NCBI GenBank assembly: GCA_002104945.1
Contig: MCFH01000051.1
Coordinates: 1 to 64,000 of the forward strand
DNA length: 64,000 bases
Reading direction: 5' to 3'
Source: Piromyces finnis finn
Taxonomy: Eukaryota; Fungi; Neocallimastigomycota
Positions within the stretch are counted from its first letter, which is position 1, and each line of letters begins with the position of its first letter. This document shows, piece by piece, positions 12,841 through 28,663 of this stretch. The notes beneath the pieces were generated by a model. It had not been told where the DNA came from. It saw nothing but the letters and a program-made list of their open reading frames with translations, and ran no database searches. The position numbers and the translations under genes are program-made.

Positions 12841-15800
12841 ATGAATTCAGACAAAACTACTCTTATTAATTTATTTACTAAGGAAGTATCTTGTTTCAAT
12901 AAAGGTATAAATAGTTTATTTTTATTACTTTATTATTTTGATAAGTTTTCCTTTTTTCTTTCTTTTTTTTTTTTTTCATTCCAATAAAAATTAGTAAAAT
13001 TCAAATTAGGAAAATGATTGAAAAGTGAAGTATTGAAATGCAATTAAGAATAATACACCAAAAATCATTGCATATACAAGAAAATGTTCATTTATAATAA
13101 ATATAAATTACAACAAATATATAATACTTTTTTCAATTTGTATAAATTTCATTTATATAATCAATTATTATTGATGAAATTAAAATTCAATTTTTAATGA
13201 ATTAATGATTATTAAATTATGGTTCTTTACTTTTTCTTTTCTTTTCTTTCTTTTTTAAAAAAAGAAAGAATAAAAGTAAATAATTATTAATAAAATTACA
13301 TAATAAATTAATAGAATTCTTGATTAATTAAAAAAAAAAAATAGAATTTAAAACAAAAGAAAAAAAAAAAATTAAAATGCTTTTTTGATATAATTGAAAC
13401 ATAATTTTATGCAAGTACTCAACATATATGCTATTTTAATTATTTTTACTCATCATTTATTTATATCAAATACTTAAAATTATCTATTATAAGATGAATT
13501 AAAAGAAGTTGAAAAAAATTTATTGGCAATGGAGAAATGTCAAAATTTCTCTCTTTGTGTACTTGAAATTATTGCTGATGAATCAATACCTGAACCAACT
13601 CGTTTTTCAGCTGCAATTTACTTTAAAAACTATATGAAGAAACGTTGGCCACAAGTAAAATTATTAATATATTACTACTGATGATAATACATGCTTTTTT
13701 TAATAAAAAATATCATGAATATATAATTAAAATAAATATCATAGATTGAAGGAGAAGCCGATTATTTACCAGAAAATGATCGTATAAGAATAAAAGAAGG
13801 TATTATTAGTCTTATGATCAATGTTCCTGTTAAACTTCAACGTCAACTTAATGAAGCCATTTTAATTATTGCTGATAATGATTTTCCACAAAAATGGCCA
13901 AATTTAATTCAAGTAATATTAATTTATAATATTTAATTTTAAAAAAAGTGTTTTCCTTATAATGATTAATTTAATATATATTTTTAGGAATTGGTTGCTA
14001 ATTTATGTGATGATTATAGAAAAAATAATGGTATATTAGAAACAGCTCATTTAATATTTAAAAGGTTAGAAATACATCATGCATGAAACATTTACAATTG
14101 AAAAATATATAAATTATTAATTTAAAAATAATTATTTAAATAATAGATGGAGATCTCAATTTCGTTCAAATGAACTTTTCTCTGAAATTAAGTTAGTTTT
14201 AGAACATTTCTCTCAACCATATTTAGATTTCTTCAAGGTATTGTATTTTTAATATATATTACCATAATTTATAAGAATGTGTAAATAATTCAGCGTATTA
14301 CAAATAAATTGTTAGACTTGATTATAAAAGCATTAAAAAATATTGTTTTAATATAATTTTTTTATATATTTAATATTAGGCTACTGATGCTTTAATTGAT
14401 TCAAACAATAATAATAAAGAAGCATTAGATATTTTATTCCAAGCATTATTTACAATTACAAAAATCTTTTATAGTTTAAACTGTCAAGATATACCTGAAT
14501 TTTTTGAAGATCATCAAGAAGAATTTATGACATTACTTCATAAATATTTAGTATATTCTAATCCTCTTTTAGAAAGTGATGTAAGTTTTATTATAATAGT
14601 TATTATTGCTACCTATGTTAAAAAAAGTTTTTTATTAAATAATTTTTATTAAATAAATATTGAATATTGAAATAACTATTAAATAATTTGACTTTTAAAT
14701 TATGAAATAAAGGATGATGAAGAAACTGGTATTATTGAAAAAACCAAAACTTCTATTTGTGAAATTATTGATTTATATGCTAAACGTTATGAAGAAGTTT
14801 TCCCAAAGTTACCAGAATTTGTTCAAACAATTTGGGAATTATTAACTCATTATGGATTAGAACCAAAATATGATTTAGTATGTTATTTATTAATAATAAA
14901 AGCCTAAAATGAGATAAACTATTTTTAAATTGTTATGATTAACAGATTGTAAAATATATATAATATTGTTTATAGTTGGTCAGTAAAGCTATTGGTTTCT
15001 TATCATCTGTTGTTAAGCCAATTAGACATAAAGAATTATTCCAAAATCCAGAAATTTTAAGCAATATTTGTGAAAAGATTATTTTACCAAATATGACTCT
15101 AAGAGGTTCGTATTTCTTTTTTTTTTTTAAAAAAAAAAAAAATAATAAAATAATTACAAAACTATATAATTTTCAATATATTTCAAATAAATTAAATATA
15201 AATCAATTAATAATTAATAAATAGAATCTGATGAAGAACTCTTTGAAGATGATCCAATTGAATATATCCGTAGAGATTTAGAAGGATCAGGTATATTAAA
15301 ATTATTATTATTTTTTATATTAATATAGCTTGCTTAACATTTAAATATTTAATTATAAAAAGATTCTGAAACAAGAAGAAGATCATCTTCTGATTTAATT
15401 CGTGGATTATTAGAACATTTCGAAAAAGAAGTTACAGAAATTTTCTCAAATTATGTTACAATGTGTCTTCAAGTATTTTTTTTAATAATAACTATTTATT
15501 ATATATATATATATATAAAGCAAAATATTAATTATAACATTTTATTATAAATACTAGAATTATAATTCAAACCCAGAACAAAATTGGAAAGCTAAGGATA
15601 CCGCTTTATATTTAATTATTTCATTATCAGCAAAGAACTTAGCTTCTCAAGTAAATATAAAAAAATCATAAAATAAGGCATAAAGAAAATATTTGTATTA
15701 AAATATTTTTTTTTTTTTGATTTAATATAAAAATAGTTTGGAGCTACTAAAGTCAATGAATATATTCCACTTATGAATGTATTTAATGAAAACATTTTAC

Positions 15801-18258
15801 CAGATTTAAGGGCTCCAGTTAATGGAAATATTCACCCAATTATTAAAGTTGACGCTTTAAAATATTTAATTACTTTTAGAAACCAAGTAATTATTATAAT
15901 TATATAATTCTATTAGTAATATTTTTTTTATAACTACTATTGAAAATAATTTATTTATTTAAAATATTCTATATAGTTTTTACAAGATAAAGCAAGATTT
16001 AAGGAAATATTCCCAATTATTGTTGAACATTTATCTTCCTCAAATTATTTAGTTCATACTTATGCTGCTATTTGTATTACCAATATTTTATCTATGAAAC
16101 AAGGAGCTAGATTAATGTAATAACAATACTATTTTTTTAATCCATCATGGAAAAATTGACATTAATCAAATTTTACATTTAATAGATACGGCCAAGATGA
16201 TATTCGTGAATACGTTCAAGTATTATTAATTAGTTTATTTGGTATATTAGAAAAGAGTGGTCAAAATTCAGCAAAATTATCTGAAAATGATTATCTTATG
16301 AAAAGTAAGTTTTCATTAAAAGTTGTATTATGTATTATAAGCAATAATTAATATTATATTTAATTTGTATTGATTGTAGTAGAAATTCTTATGTTTTATA
16401 TTAATAATAATTTCTAATATATTTTTTTTTTCTATATAAAAATTATACATTATGTAAAAGCTATTGCAAGAGTTATTGTTACCTGTCATAATGATATTGT
16501 TCCATTCATTGATGATATATTATCAAAGTTAACCAATATTATTGGTACTATTAGTGTTAATCCAAGTAATCCAAAATTCAATCACTTTGCTTTTGAATCA
16601 ATGGGTGCTTTAATTAGGTGAATATTAACATCTATGCACTCTTTTATTTTTTTATTTTTTTTAATACTAATTTTCTATATATATATATATATAGATATAC
16701 ATGTAATAACAATCCAGCTACTGTTCAACAATTCGAACAATTCTTATTCCCACACTTCCAAGAAATTATTAGAAGAGATATTTCTGAATTCTTACCATAT
16801 GTTTTCCAAATTCTTGGTGAAATGTTAAAATTCCATAGCGAAAATTCTGTCCCAGAAGCATATCAAAATATGTTACCAACTTTATTAAAGCCATCTGAAC
16901 TTTGGGAAAATCGTGGTATGTATTTATTATATTTTTATCGAAAATAATATTTTGAATTCATTGTTTTATGTTTTATATAAATATTTATGACGAAAACAAA
17001 AACAATATTAAAATAAATATAAATTATAATAAACATAACAATTAAAGGTAATATTCCTGCCATCGTTAGACTCTTAAAAACTTACTTAGAAAAAGGATCT
17101 GCAAATATTATTGCTAATAACCAAGTTCCAAATTTCCTCGGTGTATTCCAAAATTTAGTTGCATCAAAGTTGAATGATCAATATGGTTTTGAACTTTTAA
17201 CTAACATTTTCTTATATATCCCAATGTAAATAATAAATGCCACTTTCACTAAATATTAAATTTTATTCTATTCGTTTATTAATGACAATATAATAAAATA
17301 ATATTATATATTAATTTTTTTAGGAAAACATTACAACCATATCTTGTAAACATATTTTTACTTCTTCTTACTCGTTTACAAACTCTTCGTACTGCTAAAT
17401 ATACAAGATCATTTGTTATTTTCATAAACTTTTTAGTTAGTGTACCAATTAATGATATAACACCATCCTTCATCTTTGAAGTATTTGATTCTGTTCAACC
17501 AAAGTAATTTTTTTCTTTTACTGGATTTAAAATTATTTTATTAATCTTATTAAATATATATTTGGTTTACAGCATTAATTTAATATATTTTTATTAACTA
17601 TTTATATTTTTTATTTACTGGTACAGATTATTACATAATTTATTAGATAGCATCATTATTCCAGAAATTACAGAAATTTTATCTCCACGTGATAGAAAAC
17701 TCTGCGAAATTGGAATGACTAATTTATTAACAGAAAATGACAATATGATGGTTGAACCATACATAGAATTATTGTAAGTCATTTATATCTTTAAAAAATA
17801 TTATTAAAATATATAATTTATATTCATTTTATTAATTCATATTATTATATATGTATTTATATTAGGCCAAAATTGATTTCACAAATCGTTTGCTTATTAG
17901 ATATTCCACAAGCTCAAACTGAAAAGAATGTTTATGATATTGATGATTACAGTATTGAAATTGGAGAAGCAGGTTATCAAACCACTTATAGTCGTTTATC
18001 TAGTTTAAGTGAAACCAGTGAAAAGATTGATTACCATCCAAATATTACAAATACAAAACAATTCTTTACTCAAAAAATGTTATTACTTCAACAACGTAAA
18101 CCAAATGAGGTATTGTTTTAAATGTATTAATAATTCCCATTTCATTAAATAATTATTAATTATTAAAATATTTTAAATTTAAAATTTAATAGTTTGCACT
18201 TGCTTTAAGTAAAATACCAAAGGATGTTGAAATGAAGATGCAATCATTTACACAATAA
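12841..18258 (+). CDS. CSE1: Exportin-2 / importin-alpha re-exporter Cse1 (CAS), multi-exon
   Basis: Spliced exons give MNSDKTTL..., AAIYFKNYMKKRW, DFPQKW, DIPEFFED, FEDDPIEYIRRDLEGSDSETRRRSSSDL, ENDYLMK, NPSNPKFNH, RGNIPAIVRLL and GYQTTYSRL, all matching Cse1/CAS. Exon 1 (12841-12904) joins in frame to 13494; TAA ends at 18258. Confidence 0.92.
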
Positions 18259-18342
18259 ATATGATATTGTTTTAAGCGATGTATAACAAGGGAAACTCTT
18301 TATTTCAATTAAAAACTTTATTGAATTATCTATTAATAGTTT

Positions 18343-18347
<5 letters not shown>

Positions 18348-18394
<47 letters not shown>

Positions 18395-18401
18395 TAATGA
18401 T
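18348..18401. repeat. (AAT)n microsatellite downstream of CSE1
   Basis: Run of aat triplets with one aac interruption; explains the spurious poly-Tyr ORF 18244..18432. Confidence 0.9.
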
Positions 18402-19344
18402 AATGAAAATAAAAACACATTTGATTTTCCAAAATATATATAATTAAATTATTTTATTTAATATTTTTTATTATTACTATAATTAGAAAATAGAAAATAT
18501 TTATTATTTAATAAAAAAGAAAAAAGTAAATATAATTGTTTTAATAAATTTTTAAATTTGTATTTTTATATAATTATATTTGATTTTGTTTTGCTATTAT
18601 AAAATTTCTTACATATTAAAAATTAAAACTAATTGAGTTTCATAATCTATATTGGGAATTTTATTCAGGAATATATATTTGTAATTAATATTGTAATTTA
18701 TCATATACATGCAAAAGTTTTTACAATTTATAAAAAAAAAAGTAGAATTGAAGAGGAAATTTTTATTAATTAAAAAAATCATTTTTCAAACTGAAAAGTT
18801 ATCATATATTAGTAATTATATTTATGTTATTATTTTTTTTTAAAAAATGTATATAAAGAATAAAATTGATAAATGGTTGTTATGTAAACAAACAAAAATA
18901 ATAACAAAATTTTATTTTGTTTTTCTATATTTATAATAAATGAAATAGTTGAATACCTAAGAAATTTCTTTCTTTTATATCAACATTTTCTTTAAATATA
19001 AGGTTTTTTTCTTTTTATTATTATAAAATGAAAAGTTAACTTTTAATATATTATTATTACAATAGTAAATATTATTTTAATTTAAAAATTATTGTCAAAA
19101 CTTTATGGAAAAATCTAAATTAAGTTTATAATTAAAATTATATATATTAAATTATTTTTTATTATTGTAAAAAAAAAAAACATTTTGAATAAAAAAAAAC
19201 ATAAAAAAAAATATTATATTTATTTTTTTTCCCTTTAAAGTATACGCATTATATAAAAGTATTTATTATTTTTTTTTTAAAAAGAAACTTCAATAGGAGT
19301 GATAATTATCTATCTACATATATAACATTAATAATATATAAAAA

Positions 19345-20843
19345 ATGAATCGTTTATTCGGAGGAAGCAAAAAACCAGCTCCAACTTTAGAAGAAGCTAT
19401 TTCCAATGTAATTAAACATATATTATAATAAACAACAATAATACCAACAATAAATACATTATAAATAATTAAATCAAATGCTACAATATATAATACTTTC
19501 TATTAAATGTAAATATAATATTAATCTTTTTTTTACAATTTTAAAAATAATATATGTGAATGAACAAACAAAATAATATAATAAATAGACTGATGGAAGA
19601 GTTGATTCTGTTGAGGTTAAAATTCGTCGTTTGGATGCTGAATTAGCAAAATATAAAGAACAAATGAGTAGAATGAGAGAGGGCGCAGCAAAAGTAATAT
19701 ATTTCATTATTAAATGATGATAATGATAATAATAATAATATAATAATAATAATAAAAAGGAAGAAAGAAAAGAGAATGTCGTCTAAATTGGATTATAACG
19801 AAATTAACTTTTCAAATTTAAAATATTTTTTTTTTTTTTATTTTTAATAAATACTGTTTTTTTGTTTAAATAGAATTCAGTTAAACAAAAAGCCATGAGA
19901 GTTTTAAAGCAAAAGAAAATGTAATATATTTGTATATTAAATTCATAATAATAATGATAATATATATTTTTGTAGTATATGTGATATATATGTGATTGGG
20001 ATAATAATTTAAATCCAAAATGCTAAACTTTTAAATAGGTATGAAAATCAAAGAGATCAATTAATGCAACAATCTTTCAACATGGAACAAACATCATTTG
20101 CCACAGAAAACTTAAAGAATACTGTTACTACTGTAAATGCAATGAAACAAGCTAACAAGCAACTTAAAAAACAATATAAAAAAGTCAATATTGATAAAAT
20201 TGAAGTAAGTATTAAAACATTTAAAAAAATAGAAAGGGAAATAGAAAAAAGAGTATATACATTAAATATAAATTCTAACAAAAATACTATTAAAAATTAT
20301 AAAGGCTATGCAAGATGAAATGGAAGATCTTCTCGATCAAGCTAATGAAATTCAAGAAGCACTTGGTCGTACTTATGGCTTACCAGAAGATATTGATGAA
20401 GCAGACCTTGAAGCTGGTAAATAATATTACTTTAAATTTTAATCTATTTATATTGTATTAAAAAATAAATAATAAAAACTATAATGTATAATGCTTTGTA
20501 TTATAATCATAATATGCTTCATTTATTAAACTAAAATATTACTAATTTAATAATATTATTAACAACAATAATAATAAAATATAGAATTAGATGCTTTAAA
20601 TGATGATTATTTAGAAGAAGAAGAAATGCCAGCATATCTTGAAGAACCAGATATTGCACTTCCAGATGTTGGTGACCAACCATTACATAACGAAGTAATT
20701 TCTTTTTTTATTTATATTATTTTATTTTTTTTTTTTTTTTTATGAAAGTATATTTATATTAACTTTTAATTGCACATATTAATTAGGAAAATGGTGTTAA
20801 ATTAGATGAATATGGTCTTCCAGAAGCTCCAATGAAGGCTTAA
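19345..20843 (+). CDS. VPS60: ESCRT-III subunit Vps60/CHMP5 (Snf7 family), multi-exon
   Basis: Spliced product [15 protein letters not shown]...[14 protein letters not shown]...[30 protein letters not shown]...[24 protein letters not shown]...[13 protein letters not shown] is diagnostic of Vps60/CHMP5. Confidence 0.93.
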
Positions 20844-21566
20844 ATAGAATAAGTTATTTATGTTTTAAAAAATTAATTCCATTTATTTTTTTTTTAAAAA
20901 AAAAAAAAGAAAGAAAAAATGCAATGGATGATAATGCGTCAAAAAGTCAAAAAGTTAAAAAGTCAAAAAGTCAAAAAAAAAAAAAAAAAACAAAAAAACA
21001 AAAACAAAAACAAAAACAAAATTGATATTATTGACATCTATAAATTAAAATAATATGCATTTTAAAAAAGTATCATATATCATATACTATTATTTCTTTA
21101 TGATTTAAATATGAGAATATAAATTATTTAACATCCGTATTATTTATTTAATGGTAAATTCCTTATAAAATGAAATTAAATAATTAGAATTATTTTATCT
21201 ATTAAATTCTCATATTAATTAAAAAGAAATATTTAATTTTATAATAAATTCATTGCTAACTATAATAACAAAATAATAATAACAATAATATAACTATATT
21301 TTAATATAAACTCTATCATCGCGTTCTCAAATGTAAATAAGATATAATAATAATAATATATTATAAGATATATATTTTTAAAAATATATTAATGATGGTA
21401 AAAAAAAAAAAGTAATATATATTAAAACTTAAAAGTTAAGACTAAACAGAGAAATAAATAAAGTAAAAAAAAAAAATGTAATAGTCTTTGCTTTTTTTTT
21501 TTTTTTTTCTTAATACTTATATATTTGAATTCTCAACATCATAATAGTGTTATATAATAAATATAT

Positions 21567-23713
21567 TTATTTTTTAATAATTATTGGAGTATTTACATTA
21601 TTAACATCTTGAATAATGCAGGATAATATTTTGTAATATTGTAGAAATTCATTAGTAGACAGAGAATCATCATCTAATTGGGGTATTAATTCATTTTTTA
21701 TATAAGATTGAATTGAATATTCTAGTTCTGCTTTTTGAATTTCAAAGCATATCATTGCATGTTTTAATAAATCTGATAAGGACTGATAATAATATATTTT
21801 ATTAGTAGTCAAGTCTTTTGATTCTATATTAATAGTAATAGTAAACATTTTTTAAATAAGAAGTTTGGTAAATTATTGATTTTATGATATAATAGATATA
21901 TATTATATATTTATTCATTTATTATTCATATCATTTACACTTTTTATTATTACCTTTTTTTATCATTGATAAGTGATCCTTCCATTGTTTATTTAATGTT
22001 GATGATGTTTTATTTATGTTATTATCTAGTTTTGTTTTTGTATATATCATTATAAATAATCAAATAATTTGATTTTTTATTTTTATAATTATTAATTTAA
22101 AAACTTAATCTTTATTATAAGTTAAATGATATATAATAATAAAATATTACAATTAATTAATATATAATTTTCAATTTCATCAGTCATTTCTGTTAAGGAA
22201 TAAAGTTCATTAAGTAATGTATCATCGTTACTTGTCGGTAATTCTTTTATTAATATTTATTATAAATAATTTGGTAAATCAATACAGATAAATAAATATA
22301 TTAATATTATAGTAAATGTACCATTCATCAATAATTCGCTTATATATGAATATTTTTGTAAAAGAGAATCCATATTATCTATAAGAATATCAATGTTTTC
22401 CTTTTTACGGATAATATTATATTAAATCAATATTTTTATGTCTTATATATTATTGTCTTTTATTATTATTTTAATACTACTTCATTATCTGACATTCTAT
22501 TTGAAAATTCTAACAGTGCAAGTTTTGAATTTTTATAAGTTTCATATACTGAATTTAATTTACTATATATTAAAAAATTATTGGAAAAAATAAATTAAAA
22601 ATTAAAATTTATATTATATGAATTTTTTTATATATTTTGTAAAGATATAATAAGAAAATTATTAACATACTTAAAATGTTCTTCATACTTCATAGTAATT
22701 TTATTAGATATATATATTTTTCTAAAAGAAAAATAAATAGATATAAATAATATAGCTATTAATTTTTATGATTATTTTTAGTAAAAAAAAAAAAAAAAGA
22801 AAAAGAGAATAAAATATTATACCTTTTTTCAGGAGCAACTTTTTTACATTTTATTTTTTCTGTTTTTATTTTAAGGTCACTTTTAGTTTTTTTATTCATA
22901 TTAACGATATTATTATTATTTTCTCTTATATTATTATTATTAAGTCGTTCATCTAGTTTTTTCTTTTTCTTATTTGTCAATTCTTCAATTTTATATTGCT
23001 AATATACATGATATATATATGAATTAATTGCATTACATGCGATATAGTAATGTAATTTTACTTTAAATTTATATTTTATAGATATTTTAAAAATAATATT
23101 TATTTCAATATTTAGTTATTATCGTATATAGTTACGCTTTTAATATATGGGTGATTTAATATTCTCTCTGATTTTTCAATTAGTTGATGTAAGTGTTCCT
23201 CTATATCAAATACATATGAAAGCCATTAATATTTGTAATTTGGTTTATATAGATATTTATTAAAATATTGTATATATAAGATTTTATTATTATATTAAAA
23301 ACATTTAAAAAAATTAAATGATATAGCTTACCTTTATTCTCAATTAAAGCATCATTCCTAACAAATTGAAATGTTAATATTGTTATTATTATTATTAAAC
23401 AAATTATTAAGTTATATTTTTAGTATATACTTATTTGATTCCTCTTTGTTATCTCTTGTATTAGTATCTATAGAATTTAAATTAAGATTTTTTCTTTCTG
23501 AAATAATTTGGTTTAAAATTGAATTTTCATACTGATATAATAATTGTAATTGTAAATTAAAATAATTTATTGAATTATGAATTTTATTAATAAATAATAT
23601 GAAACTAAAAGTAAATGTATTTTATATTAGTGTAATTGATAAAAAGGAATATATAATTAAATATATATAATTATAAATTACTTTTTTATTTTATCATTTG
23701 TTGTACCGCTCAT
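21567..23713 (-). CDS. Hypothetical multi-exon protein, helical/coiled-coil-like, unrecognised
   Basis: About ten GT-AG-bounded exons join in frame from the ATG at 23713 (MSGTTNDKIKN...EEHLHQLIEKSERILNHPYIKS...ESKDLTTNKIYYYQSLSDLLKHAM...). The 3' end is uncertain; further exons near 21290-21530 are possible. Confidence 0.65.
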
Positions 23714-24190
23714 TTTACTCTACTTTTTACAAATTTCACTTTTTATTAAAAAAGTCTTAAAGTATTATCTATAAATATAGTAATAAAAATAATTATATTA
23801 ATTAAAATATATTCAATAATTGATTAAATTAGAATAAAAAATCTGTATAAATGTAGGACAAGGACAAGTTTTTTTTAAAAATCTTCATTTTTAATATAAA
23901 TTAATATATTTATAATATATAAATAATATATTGATTATAAATTAAATTGAAAGTTTTTTTTAAAAAAAGAAATAATAATGATTTTTTAAAGGTAATAAAT
24001 CCTTTTTATATTTTAAATTCAAAAATAATTCGAAATTCATTTATGAAATCATTGAATTAGATAAAATCTCCAAAGGTTAAATTAATTATTTTTAAATCAG
24101 TTTTTTTTTTTTTTTTTTAAAAAAAAAAAGAAAATAAATAAATAAGTAAAATAGAAAAATAAAATAAAATAAAAAAAAAAATTTTGTTCA

Positions 24191-25848
24191 ATGGACAAAG
24201 TATACCAAGGTAAAATTATATAAATTGAATAAAGTCTATAAACACAATTCTCAAATTTAAATTAATACATTTAGAAATTTAATTTTTTCTTATTTTTTTT
24301 TTTTTCTTTTTTTAAAAAAAAGGAAAGAGAAAAATGAAAAAAAAAAATAATTTTATTTTTAATTTTTTGTTTTAAAGTGTTTTTTAAAATAAGCTATAGT
24401 TCTATTTTACATTCACAAATGAGTAGAATTTTAAAACATTTAAATATTTTTAAAGTTTTTTTTACTCCTTTTTAAATATATATATATATTATTTATGAAA
24501 TACTGTATATAAAATTTATTATTTTATAAATATTTATAAAATTAATATAAGTATTTGTCATATAGATAGTAAATTAATTCTATTATATTTTTATAATATT
24601 TTAAAAATATATCAATTTCAATGTACATTCATAGCTCATTTACTGTCAGGTAATTATTAAATAAAATATTTTATCATAAAAACAATAATTAATATTAATA
24701 AAATAAACATGTACATTATTATAATTAATACTATAATTATTATATATCAATTAACAATAATAACAGTATGCAGTGCACTTGGTGGTTTCGAAACTGTTGA
24801 ACTAAGCAATGGAGAATCTGTAAAAAAATATGTTATTGGTGATGAATGTTATGGTAATTTAATTATTTTAAAAATTAATGTTAAATATATTTTTAGGGTT
24901 ATATAATTATACAATTTAAATTTAAGAAATCATTAATCAGAGTAGTTAATGTTAATAAAAATGAAATTCTATATATTTTTTAAATAACTTTAAAAAAAAA
25001 ATGTAGACTGTTTAAAAGATTTGAAAAAATTCTTACGTCAGGATGATTCAAATGTTGAAAAATATGTTTCTCGGTCATTAGGTTCTTGGATGATTGTTCA
25101 AAAAGATTTAATTCCAATATTAATAGAATATAAAAATGACGAAAAAATTTCCATGGCTGTTGGTAAATAAAATTAATATAAAATTTATATAAATAAGTAG
25201 TTTACCTAAAATTAGTAAATATTGTTACGCTATTGATTGATTTACCAAACTCATATTAACATTGCTTGTGTTTAATATAATTAATATATAGTTGAAGTTT
25301 TAGTTCCATTAACTTGGCCAATTGAAGTTACTCTCGATGAAATAAAAACAAATGATCAAGATATACCAAATCAAATAGAATATTTGGAATCATATAAAGA
25401 AGCAATGGTTTCAACTGAAGCTCTTGATGCATTATTTGAAATTATTGTTAAACCATTATCAGTTTCATTTCATGATCGTAATTATAAGGAAACAGCATTA
25501 ATTCGTTTGATTTTTACATTGATTAGAAATTTATTATGTATAAAGGATAAAGAAGCTTCAGTATTAACATCTACAGATAAACTACGAAGATCTACTTTAC
25601 AAGTAAAGATTATAATAAAAAAATAAAATATAATAACAGTTATTAATTTAAAAAAAATATTAATTGTATAAACATTCAATACAGGAACGATTAATGATAA
25701 AATTACAAAAATCGAACTTTATCGAATTACTTTTGTCATTTTCAGGATCTTTAGATGAAAGTGAATATGTTGAATGGAATATGTTAATTTTAGAAATATT
25801 TTATTATATGTTCATTGGAAGAGATCCTGAAGAAATTCTGTCAAATAA

Positions 25849-25889
<41 letters not shown>

Positions 25890-28369
25890 ATATTATTATA
25901 ACATTTAATATTTTATATATTAACTATCCTATAAATTAGGTTGCTAGTAATGGTCATAAAGTTACAGAATTATTGCAAAAAGAACAAAGAATAAATAGTA
26001 TTGAAAATAAAAAAAGACATTCAAGACATTCAAGATTTGGTGGATCCTATTTTATTGAATTAGATGTAATGATTAAATATATAATTATATAATTATTATA
26101 TTTTAAACATATTTTTAATAAGTATTATTATTTGAATAATTTTTAATAAAAATAACTAAATAGAATGGAAAAAAATTCAATTTTCTTCAAAGTAATGCTA
26201 TAAACTTATCAATGGAAGAAATTCTCGATCATAATAAAAAAACAAAAGCGAAGATTGTAAAAAAAGATGTATGTAAATGTTTTCATTATTAATTTAAAAA
26301 ATAAAAATTAAAAAAAATTATTTTATTCAATAATTAATATAAAATATTTCTTACCTTTAAAAATATTTTAGGAAAAGTATTTATATACCAAAAGAATCAC
26401 AGATGAAAAGGCTTTAATTGTATATAAAGAAACAATTGATTCATTTATAGAAAATTGTTTTAATAGTAATATTTATAAAAACATATAATATCTTTTTTTA
26501 ATATAAATATATATTAAATATATTATTACTTGACATATTGAAATAAAAGATATTTAACATTCATTATTTTATTATAAATAGCATTTTATATATCTATTAA
26601 AAAAGATTTTGATATGCAAAGAACAAAAGTTAGAGAAAAAGATTATATTAGATTTATATGGTTCTGTTCATTCATTTTAAAATATAGAAATTATGCATAT
26701 GAAAAAGCATCTAATGAAGATAAAGTAAAATATTCTTTTGATAATATCAATAGTATGCTAAATGTTAAGGGATTATTATTTATTGTTTATCGATTAAAAT
26801 TATATCAAGATGAAAAGGTAGGTAAATAAAATATATTTTTTTTTTTTTTCATAAAAATATATTTCTAATATTTTTTACACTTTATATATATTTATTTATA
26901 TTATAAGAAATGGCAAGAAATTGGTTTGACTCTCTACTGTCTAAAATATGTTGTAAGTATATATAATATTATTTCTTAAATTACATATGTATAAGTTATG
27001 AATAATAATAATATTCCATTAAAAATAATAGTTAATTACTCTGCATGGTATGAATAATTCAAATAACGAAGAATATAAAGAAGCTTCAAAAAATTTACAA
27101 CATAATATATATTATGAAGAAGAAACTCTTAATATCATTATCAGTTTATGTCGTAATTATAAAACAAGAAACTCAAATAAAGTATTCCTTGTAAATTTAA
27201 TCGAAACTATTCATATATTATTAAAAATGCTTGAAAAATTTTCGGAAGAAAATAAATATTTATATACCCGTAAACAGAAGAACGTTAAAAAGAAAAATGA
27301 AAATGGTATTTATTCTTTTATCTTTCTTATATATCTATACATATAAAAATAATTAATATTGATTTTTTAAGAGATAATTAAAAAAAATAATAATTACACA
27401 ATATTGAAATTTTAAAAAATAATTAAAATATTAATTAGAAGAATCAAGTCTAATGGATGATGAAGAAGAAGTAACAAAAAAATATTATGAGCATAAATTC
27501 CATTTTTCTGATGTTGAACAAGTATAAAACAAAAAGAAATAAAATAAATAAATAAATAAATAGTATTGTTATCGTTAATTGATAGTACTAATAATAAAAT
27601 ATTATTTTAAATTATATAATATACATATAATAAAATGAATATTACAACAGAGATTTGCATCAGATTCAATTATAAATACCTATATATATTGTTTAGACGA
27701 TTATCAAACAATGAAAGAGAGTACAATTCATCAAATAACAAAAATGTTCTATAGAATAGCTATTAAATGTGGTTTAGAACCAATGTTTTACAAAGTATAT
27801 TTTAAAATCTTACTTTATATTTGTATATATAAATGTCAAAAATAAACATACACCTTTTTAACATTTAAAATTTTATAATAGCTCTCAGTTTTCGAATTAT
27901 TTAATAGAATTTTATCTCAAAAAGATGTACTACCAAAAACAACTGCATATAAAGAATTATTCGATTTTATAAACTATATTGTAAATAGTTTTTTTATATA
28001 TTTGGAAAAAGATCCAATGCTTTCTATAAGTGTAAGTAAAAAAAAATGAATTATTATATATTAAATAAGTGCTAAAAGATTAATTTTTTTTCTTTAATTC
28101 TTAACTTTAAAATATACATAATGAACAGATTCTTTTCCAAAAATCAAAGAAAGAATGTATGGAAATAAAATATGGAAGTGAATTTCTGGATAATAATAAA
28201 GAATTAGTAAATATATATTAATGATATAACAATAATAATAAAATAAATTATTATGATTTTATTAAATATATAATATTTTTTTATATTTATTTATTATATT
28301 TCATATTAAATCAATAGGAGGAAAAAAAATACAAGTAACTTTTTCTATTTATATATTTATTTGTTTTGG

Positions 28370-28444
<75 letters not shown>

Positions 28445-28621
28445 TTCTATAATATAATATATTTGAAGTTCTGATGATGAACTTGAAGTAAAAGCTAGTC
28501 TTTCATGGAATGAAAAGCTTTCTGTTGCTATATCTCTACTTAAAGAAAATAATAAAGAACAGTACATCCAATGGATTAAAGATGTGATTATAAATTATAA
28601 TTTTCATTTAAAAATGAAAAA

Positions 28622-28663
<42 letters not shown>

